Shown: one piece after another, positions 33,261 to 37,724 of the stretch | Layout: every line of letters starts with the position of its first letter | Numbering within the stretch: the stretch's first letter is position 1 | From: a virus | IMG/VR virus record: IMGVR_UViG_3300045988_158116 | Strand: one strand, 5' to 3' | Length of the DNA: 37,724 bases | The notes under the pieces: model-generated | Databases searched by the model: none | Seen by the model: the letters and a program-made list of their open reading frames with translations, nothing else | What the model was told of the DNA's origin: nothing | Program-made: the position numbers and the translations under genes

Positions 33261-35215
33261 TTAAATTGATAATAGACGGCAAGGAGGCTGTGATTAAGGC
33301 AGGAACGTCGTTTAAGTTGACACGCATGAATCCTTATTTTGAGGATCAGGGGGACTTTACGTTTGAGGTGCAGCTGCCCTTGGATGGGTGTGCTGAGAAC
33401 TTGGCGATTTTTGGGGCTCTGCATCGGGCAGAGGTGGGGAAAGTAGGCTTGATAGGCAAGAAATATGACATGCAGTTGATTGCTCCGCCTGTGGACATTC
33501 ATGGATATGCGCAAATAACCCATATAACGGATGCTGAAGTTAAGGTGCAACTTGTGGCGGGCCGTTCATCGTTTAGGCATGCTATAGAGGATACTGCGGT
33601 ATATGTGGATGAAATGGATTTGGGCAATGCTTGGGATATTTTTCCTGAATTTACAGACGGCGGATACTCTTGGAGTCCTGGGTATGATATAAAAGAACAA
33701 ACTTCGATATTTTATTTTAGTCCAAGAGACAATGATAAGAAGGTGGATGTGGGGAAAATGATGCACGGACGATATGGGGAAACGGACTGTGTGTGTTTCC
33801 CTGTATATAGTTTAACAGATGATAAATTTGTAAATCCACATACAACGAGAACTGGGGTTGGTAATAGCGGTGCTGGTACTAGGCAAAAATATAGACTTGC
33901 GGGGTATGGAGAGACTGACGAGACGTATGCTAAATTGTATGATACGTTATTGGCTCCTCAACCTTATTTGCTCGATATCATTGGGCGAGTGGTTAAAACT
34001 GCGGGGTATGTGATGGGTGATATTCAAGAGTTGGAAGAATCTTGGATGAGCGGTATTTTTATTGCTAATACACGCAGTGTGTTACGACGTAATGCTGCTT
34101 TGCCTCATTGGACTTTATCTGAGTTTATTAAAGAACTTCAGAATTTTTTGGGTGTTGTTTTTGTTGTTGATGGGCAAAAGAGAGTTCATATCAGAACTCG
34201 TAGCTCATGGTATAGCGACACGTATGCTGCACAATATCTTAAAGAAGTGACTGATGACCTTAGCACTGATATAGACCATGATGGAAGCAATAAAGGTTCA
34301 TCGGCGGGTAATGTGGATTATGAATGGCCTAATAGCGACAATATGCTGCATCTGCCTGACGAGGTTTGGGAAAATGCTATTATTGTAAGGTGTGCAAACT
34401 TTGCAAGTATTCAGAGTTCATTTAATGCGCTTAAACCATCGGAGAGGGAGAAAACGCAATACTTGTACATAGACCAAGAGAAGAACTATGTGTATGCAAT
34501 TTTACATAAGGTGGAGGACCAAAAAACGACATACGTACTGCAACGTGTAGACCAATATGGCGCACTCATACGCAAAAAGGACAAACGCGAGATTGACACA
34601 AAGCTGAAGATTGTTCCTGCAAGGATGAAGGTTATGAATGAGACTCGTTCTTATTCTGAAGATACCCCTCCAAGTGTATGGGTAGAGGGTCGCATAGAAA
34701 CGGGGTTGCCTGTTTTATCTGTGGCAGACACGGCATTAACAACATTGAACTATTATAGTGTGGACAATGCTATTAACCCCAAGGAAGATGATGCCCCCAA
34801 AAACACAGACCAAAGAAAGGATGTTCTTGAGGTGGCGTATTTTAGTGGCGATACGTTTTACGATGGTGATACCGAAATGCCCGTACCCATAGCTGTTCCA
34901 TATATAACTAATCCTAAGAATGGTTTTCCTGAATGGCCAACGAAGTTAATTGATTTTTCAGACAGAATTCCCGAAGATGGAGTTTTTACACTTCAATATG
35001 CTCGACAGCAATCTATTGGTCAAGGTTTAAATAATGGTGCAGCGGTTAACACAGGTGTAGAGCATTTATTTTGCTTTACTGATGCCATTTCTTGCGACCC
35101 GACGGAGGTTTATGTGATTCGTGGACGTAGGTATGCTTGCCATAAGTTAGAATTTACTATTGACGAATTCGGTGTGCAGCCTTTGAAGCGTGGGTATTTT
35201 TATGAGATAGAATAA
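33257..35215 (+). CDS. Tail tip / receptor-binding candidate
   Basis: 652 aa with an ATGA overlap with the tape-measure stop. It is the only gene between the tape measure and the accessory island. Confidence 0.6.
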   Translation: MIKLIIDGKEAVIKAGTSFKLTRMNPYFEDQGDFTFEVQLPLDGCAENLAIFGALHRAEVGKVGLIGKKYDMQLIAPPVDIHGYAQITHITDAEVKVQLVAGRSSFRHAIEDTAVYVDEMDLGNAWDIFPEFTDGGYSWSPGYDIKEQTSIFYFSPRDNDKKVDVGKMMHGRYGETDCVCFPVYSLTDDKFVNPHTTRTGVGNSGAGTRQKYRLAGYGETDETYAKLYDTLLAPQPYLLDIIGRVVKTAGYVMGDIQELEESWMSGIFIANTRSVLRRNAALPHWTLSEFIKELQNFLGVVFVVDGQKRVHIRTRSSWYSDTYAAQYLKEVTDDLSTDIDHDGSNKGSSAGNVDYEWPNSDNMLHLPDEVWENAIIVRCANFASIQSSFNALKPSEREKTQYLYIDQEKNYVYAILHKVEDQKTTYVLQRVDQYGALIRKKDKREIDTKLKIVPARMKVMNETRSYSEDTPPSVWVEGRIETGLPVLSVADTALTTLNYYSVDNAINPKEDDAPKNTDQRKDVLEVAYFSGDTFYDGDTEMPVPIAVPYITNPKNGFPEWPTKLIDFSDRIPEDGVFTLQYARQQSIGQGLNNGAAVNTGVEHLFCFTDAISCDPTEVYVIRGRRYACHKLEFTIDEFGVQPLKRGYFYEIE

Positions 35216-35221
35216 GGAGAG

Positions 35222-35250
35222 GCTCCAGGATTGATGCTTGGGGCTTTTTT
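35222..35250 (+). terminator. Rho-independent terminator ending the late operon (copy A of a duplicated terminator)
   Basis: GCTCCAGG-ATTGATG-CTTGGGGC plus T6. The same stems recur at 35992-36021. Confidence 0.65.
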
Positions 35251-35309
35251 GTTTAATAAGAAATTTATTATTATTTTCTTGTTTAATAAGAAATTTATTA
35301 TTACCTTTG
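35249..35309 (+). promoter_or_regulatory. Two 25-bp direct repeats, each a near-palindromic operator, overlapping a -7 box
   Basis: TTGTTTAATAAGAAATTTATTATTA at 35249-35273 and 35279-35303. The core TAATAAGAAATTTATTATTA is an 18/20 palindrome. TACCTTTG at 35302-35309. Confidence 0.6.
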
Positions 35310-35338
35310 TATTGTCTAACGAAAGGAGGTGTAAATGA

Positions 35339-35476
35339 ATGACTAAGCAAGAAAAGAAGACAGCTGCTCAAGTAATAGTGATGCTCGAAGAGTTGAAACG
35401 AATTACTAAGAAGCAAATCGTCAAGGACGAAGCGCAGCGACTAATTGAGGAATTGATTGATTCAATAGAAAATTAA
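35339..35476 (+). CDS. Small helical ORF (45 aa), below the track cutoff
   Basis: MTKQEKKTAAQVIVMLEELKRITKKQIVKDEAQRLIEELIDSIEN, preceded by AAAGGAGGTG. Confidence 0.4.
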   Translation: MTKQEKKTAAQVIVMLEELKRITKKQIVKDEAQRLIEELIDSIEN

Positions 35477-35478
35477 CC

Positions 35479-35521
35479 TCTCACTCCCCACTCTTTGGTT
35501 ACAGAGTGGGGACAAGTGAGG
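35479..35521 (+). terminator. Strong hairpin (15 paired positions with a 3-nt bulge) without a clear T-run
   Basis: CTCACTCCCCACTCT / AGAGTGGGGACAAGTGAG. Confidence 0.4.
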
Positions 35522-35538
35522 ACTAAATATTTAAGAAT

Positions 35539-35859
35539 ATGGAAAAGACTGCATTGGATAAGGCTCGTGCCTTTTTATCTGAGACTAAAGATGGGGCTGT
35601 ATGGCTCGCAATGGTTGATATTAACGATTTGGTGAATTATTCGGCTATTGCTAGACAGTATTTTAATAAGTCGGGTAATTGGCTGCTTCAACGATTGCAT
35701 GGGAATGTTGTGAACGGCAAACCTGCTACTTTTAAGCCTCATGAGGCTCGCTTGCTTTCAGATGCTTTGCGCGATATGTCTGCACGGCTTGCTGTTGCTG
35801 CTGATCGTATAGATAAAGCTGATGAAGGAGAAAAGGCTGAGGATGCTGTGATTGATTAA
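35539..35859 (+). CDS. Small HTH-like protein, paralog 2 of 3
   Basis: IARQYFNKSGNWLLQRLHGNVVNGKPATFKPHEARLLSDAL aligns with 12213-12626. Confidence 0.7.
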   Translation: MEKTALDKARAFLSETKDGAVWLAMVDINDLVNYSAIARQYFNKSGNWLLQRLHGNVVNGKPATFKPHEARLLSDALRDMSARLAVAADRIDKADEGEKAEDAVID

Positions 35860-35991
35860 CATGGTGTAAATGCCGTATTTGTAAAAAGATTTTGCTTAGT
35901 CATTCTTTCGTTAGACACTTTTTATCAGCTGGGCTGTAACGGCTGCCCGCATGTGAAAGTCGCCTATGGCTGATGGGCGCAAAAAAAGAAG

Positions 35992-36021
35992 GCTCCAGGC
36001 TTGACGGCTTGGGGCTTTTTT
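35992..36021 (+). terminator. Rho-independent terminator (copy B)
   Basis: GCTCCAGG-CTTGACGG-CTTGGGGC plus T6. Confidence 0.65.
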
Positions 36022-36085
36022 GTCTTTTGTCCTGTGGTGTTTTTCCTATTATTTTGTGATATTGTTTTATTTATTTTTTTACAAT

Positions 36086-36904
36086 ATGGCTCAATCATTA
36101 CAACAAAAAGGAAAGAAGAGAAAAGAGGTTTTGGAGGATTACGATGGATTTGTAGAGAAATTCAAGCCGAAGAAAACGACCGATGACTGCTATACACCAC
36201 AGGAGGTGTATGATGTAATTGTGGAATGGCTAACTGAGAAGGGGGCCATAGATGCGAACACTCCTATTGTGAGACCTTTTTGGCCTGGTGGAGATTATGA
36301 ACACGAGAAATATGATGAAGGGTGCGTTGTGGTGGATAATCCTCCCTTCTCGATATTGTCGAAGATTACGAAATTCTACAGTGAAAGGGAAATTGGGTTC
36401 TTCTTATTTGCTCCAACTTTGACGGCTGCTAGTAGTAATATTTGCGAAGCATGCACTATTATAGTAATTGGTGGAAGTATTAAATACGAGAATGGGGCTA
36501 AGGTGCCGACTGCGTTTATTACGAACCTGCCGTTTTGTGCCCAGTATGCGATGATGACAGCTCCTGAATTAGGGGAAAGAATTAAGTGTGTACAAAAATC
36601 GGGGGGGGGAAAAATTCCTTCTTATAAATATCCTGAGAATGTGATTTCTACTGCGATACTAAATGGGTTGGCTAATGTTGATTTAAAAATACGACGCAAA
36701 GAGGTCTTGCATATAAAAGCATTAGATGCGCAGCGTGTAAAGAAGAAAATGGTGTATGGTGGGGGATATTTAGTTTCGGACTATGCTGCTGCAAGGTTGA
36801 AGGCTGCAAGGTTGAAGGCTGCAAGGGAAAGTGTTGTTTGGAAACTTAGCGAGAGAGAACGGACTTTAATTTCGAGGTTGAATGATTTTGCTGATGAGGA
36901 GTAG
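36086..36904 (+). CDS. Phage Dam-like N6-adenine methyltransferase candidate with an internal G9 tract
   Basis: TDDCYTPQEVYDVIVEWL ... VVVDNPPFSILSKITKFY resembles the phage N6A-methyltransferase pattern (xYTP ... NPPY/F-S). Start chosen at MAQSLQQKG, not 36020. Confidence 0.5.
   Translation: MAQSLQQKGKKRKEVLEDYDGFVEKFKPKKTTDDCYTPQEVYDVIVEWLTEKGAIDANTPIVRPFWPGGDYEHEKYDEGCVVVDNPPFSILSKITKFYSEREIGFFLFAPTLTAASSNICEACTIIVIGGSIKYENGAKVPTAFITNLPFCAQYAMMTAPELGERIKCVQKSGGGKIPSYKYPENVISTAILNGLANVDLKIRRKEVLHIKALDAQRVKKKMVYGGGYLVSDYAAARLKAARLKAARESVVWKLSERERTLISRLNDFADEE
36601..36609 (+). repeat. Homopolymeric G9 tract inside the CDS
   Basis: TCGGGGGGGGGAAAAA encodes SGGGK in the current, in-frame state. 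Confidence 0.95.
36788..36826 (+). repeat. 15-bp tandem repeat x2.6 inside the CDS (AARLK repeats)
   Basis: GCTGCAAGGTTGAAG at 36788 and 36803, with a partial copy at 36818. Confidence 0.9.
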
Positions 36905-36930
36905 TTTTTTAAATAGTATAAATACTTGCA

Positions 36931-36956
36931 TACTACGAAAATTTGTAGTATCTTTG
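36931..36956 (+). promoter_or_regulatory. Inverted ACTAC/GTAGT pair overlapping -7 box TATCTTTG
   Basis: TACTAC (36931-36936) and GTAGTA (36945-36950). TATCTTTG at 36949-36956. Confidence 0.45.
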
Positions 36957-36981
36957 TAATATTTTAAATATCTAATAAGAT

Positions 36982-37137
36982 ATGGAACGAAAAACATTAA
37001 AAGTAACAGTTTCTGAAGAAGAGCACAAACTGTTAGAAGCAATTAGGAACTACAACAAGAGTTTTCCCGATGGTTATCCGCAACTTAGATGATATGCACA
37101 GGAGTTACTTGATAACATGCTTCGCCAACCTTATTAA
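36982..37137 (+). pseudogene. Ribbon-helix-helix-like small ORF interrupted by an in-frame TGA
   Basis: MERKTLKVTVSEEEHKLLEAIRNYNKSFPDGYPQLR-TGA-YAQELLDNMLRQPY. This gives a beta strand plus helix A before the stop (37090-37092), with helix B after it in the same frame. Confidence 0.4.
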
Positions 37138-37145
37138 AACAACAA

Positions 37146-37172
37146 GCCCCGCTCATCGCGGGTGGGGCTTTT
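37146..37172 (+). terminator. Hairpin plus T-run
   Basis: GCCCCGCTC...GCGGGTGGGGC, then TTTT. Confidence 0.5.
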
Positions 37173-37183
37173 ATATATAAAAT

Positions 37184-37426
37184 ATGGAAGATAAAAAAGT
37201 ATTTACAGAAATGAAGGAACGCTGCAAGGATATCCTAATGAGTGTTTCATGGTTAGACTTTAGTAATCGTTATTTTAAGCGTTCTTCTTCATGGTTCTAC
37301 CACAAGATGGATGGAATAGATGGTAATGGCGGTGTCGGTGGGTTTACGCCTGAAGAGAAGGAACACTTTCGTGCTTCTCTTTTAGATTTGGCTAAACGAA
37401 TACGCGAAACTGCCGAAAAAATATAA
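37184..37426 (+). CDS. Small HTH-like protein, paralog 3 of 3
   Basis: FSNRYFKRSSSWFYHKMDGIDGNGGVGGFTPEEKEHFRASLLDLAKRI aligns with the other two paralogs. Confidence 0.65.
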   Translation: MEDKKVFTEMKERCKDILMSVSWLDFSNRYFKRSSSWFYHKMDGIDGNGGVGGFTPEEKEHFRASLLDLAKRIRETAEKI

Positions 37427-37457
37427 TTCAGCCAACTTATTATATCTTTAAAACACG

Positions 37458-37488
37458 GGTGTGTTTGTGGCTGACGGACACACCTTTT
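37458..37488 (+). terminator. Hairpin plus T-run
   Basis: GGTGTGTT...GACACACC, then TTTT. Confidence 0.5.
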
Positions 37489-37491
37489 CTT

Positions 37492-37530
37492 AGTCTCTTG
37501 CAAGTCTTTGGACATGCGAGAGACTTTTTT
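37492..37530 (+). terminator. Second tandem terminator before attR
   Basis: AGTCTCT...AGAGACT followed by T6. Confidence 0.55.
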
Positions 37531-37669
37531 ATGCTTATAATTGCTTGATTTTCAACTCCAAACAACTATATGCCTAAAGGATAGGTGGAAATGGATTTTG
37601 TGAGATATTTATGAGTAACTTTTTTGGAATGGTTTGAATGTGTTGATTATCAAAAAGTTAGATGTTGTT

Positions 37670-37724
37670 GCAAGATTGGCTTTGGGAGCAGGGGGTCGTG
37701 GGTTCGAATCCCGTCGCCCCGACA
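37670..37724 (+). repeat. attR core: displaced partial tRNA 3' copy
   Basis: Identical to 1-55. The upstream sequence (AAAAAGTTAGATGTTGTT) is not tRNA-like, so the intact tRNA must be on the left side. Confidence 0.9.

Larger units (their letters stand above)
1..37724. mobile_element. Integrated temperate tailed prophage (attL to attR)
   Basis: Identical 55-bp tRNA-3'-end repeats at both window ends. Integrase lies next to the left repeat. Immunity, replication, packaging, head, lysis, tail and accessory modules follow in one orientation. Confidence 0.9.

Noticed and set aside
36020-36085. Track start at 36020 for the Dam-like gene
   Set aside because: The extension translates the T-rich terminator and promoter (FVLWCFSYYFVILFYLFFYN). 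The ATG at 36086 gives a typical soluble N-terminus.
1-37724. Searched by eye for reverse transcriptase/DGR, CRISPR-Cas, toxin-antitoxin pairs, restriction enzymes and known defence-system signatures
   Set aside because: No RT motifs, cas-like genes, nuclease partner for either methyltransferase, or recognisable TA pair were seen. Their absence cannot be proven without profile searches.

Overview
The window is one complete integrated temperate tailed-phage genome (about 37.6 kb), cut exactly at its attachment repeats. An identical 55-bp copy of the 3' part of a tRNA-Pro(UGG)-like gene sits at 1-55 and 37670-37724. Host signals look Bacteroidota-like: TAnnTTTG -7 boxes, A-rich leaders, an Arm-domain integrase and a CI-type repressor with the WLLTGEGEM motif. 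Nearly every gene is on the + strand. The order is: integrase (293-1567); CI-like repressor on the - strand (1729-2145) facing an operator region; early genes including an Xis-like HTH; a nested second integrase plus N6-adenine methyltransferase cassette (3602-5761); primase-helicase fusion (6016-9186); small early ORFs and dUTPase; an ACTACA iteron array; TerL (13721-15325); a GT-only repeat tract; ClpP-like prohead protease/scaffold; major capsid candidate; holin, amidase and spanin-like protein; virion proteins; tape measure (28896-33260); a 652-aa tail-tip protein; and a right-end accessory island. Most worth a second look: (1) about 40 copies of a 9-nt CTAGA-core unit in five tandem arrays that fill late-region intergenic gaps, three of them ending in a conserved GGCTGGCGC module; (2) the 2.2-kb recombinase-methyltransferase cassette bounded by 26-bp tRNA-3'-end-like direct repeats inside the prophage, with an orphan tRNA-like element next to it; (3) a roughly 310-bp array of 11-12-nt repeats that includes a 189-nt A-free G/T tract between terminase and protease; (4) a second Dam-like methyltransferase gene carrying an in-frame G9 tract; (5) a phased ACTACA/TGTAGT array upstream of the packaging genes, echoed at an accessory promoter; (6) three paralogous small HTH-like proteins. 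All functional calls rest on motifs read by eye; no database searches were run.
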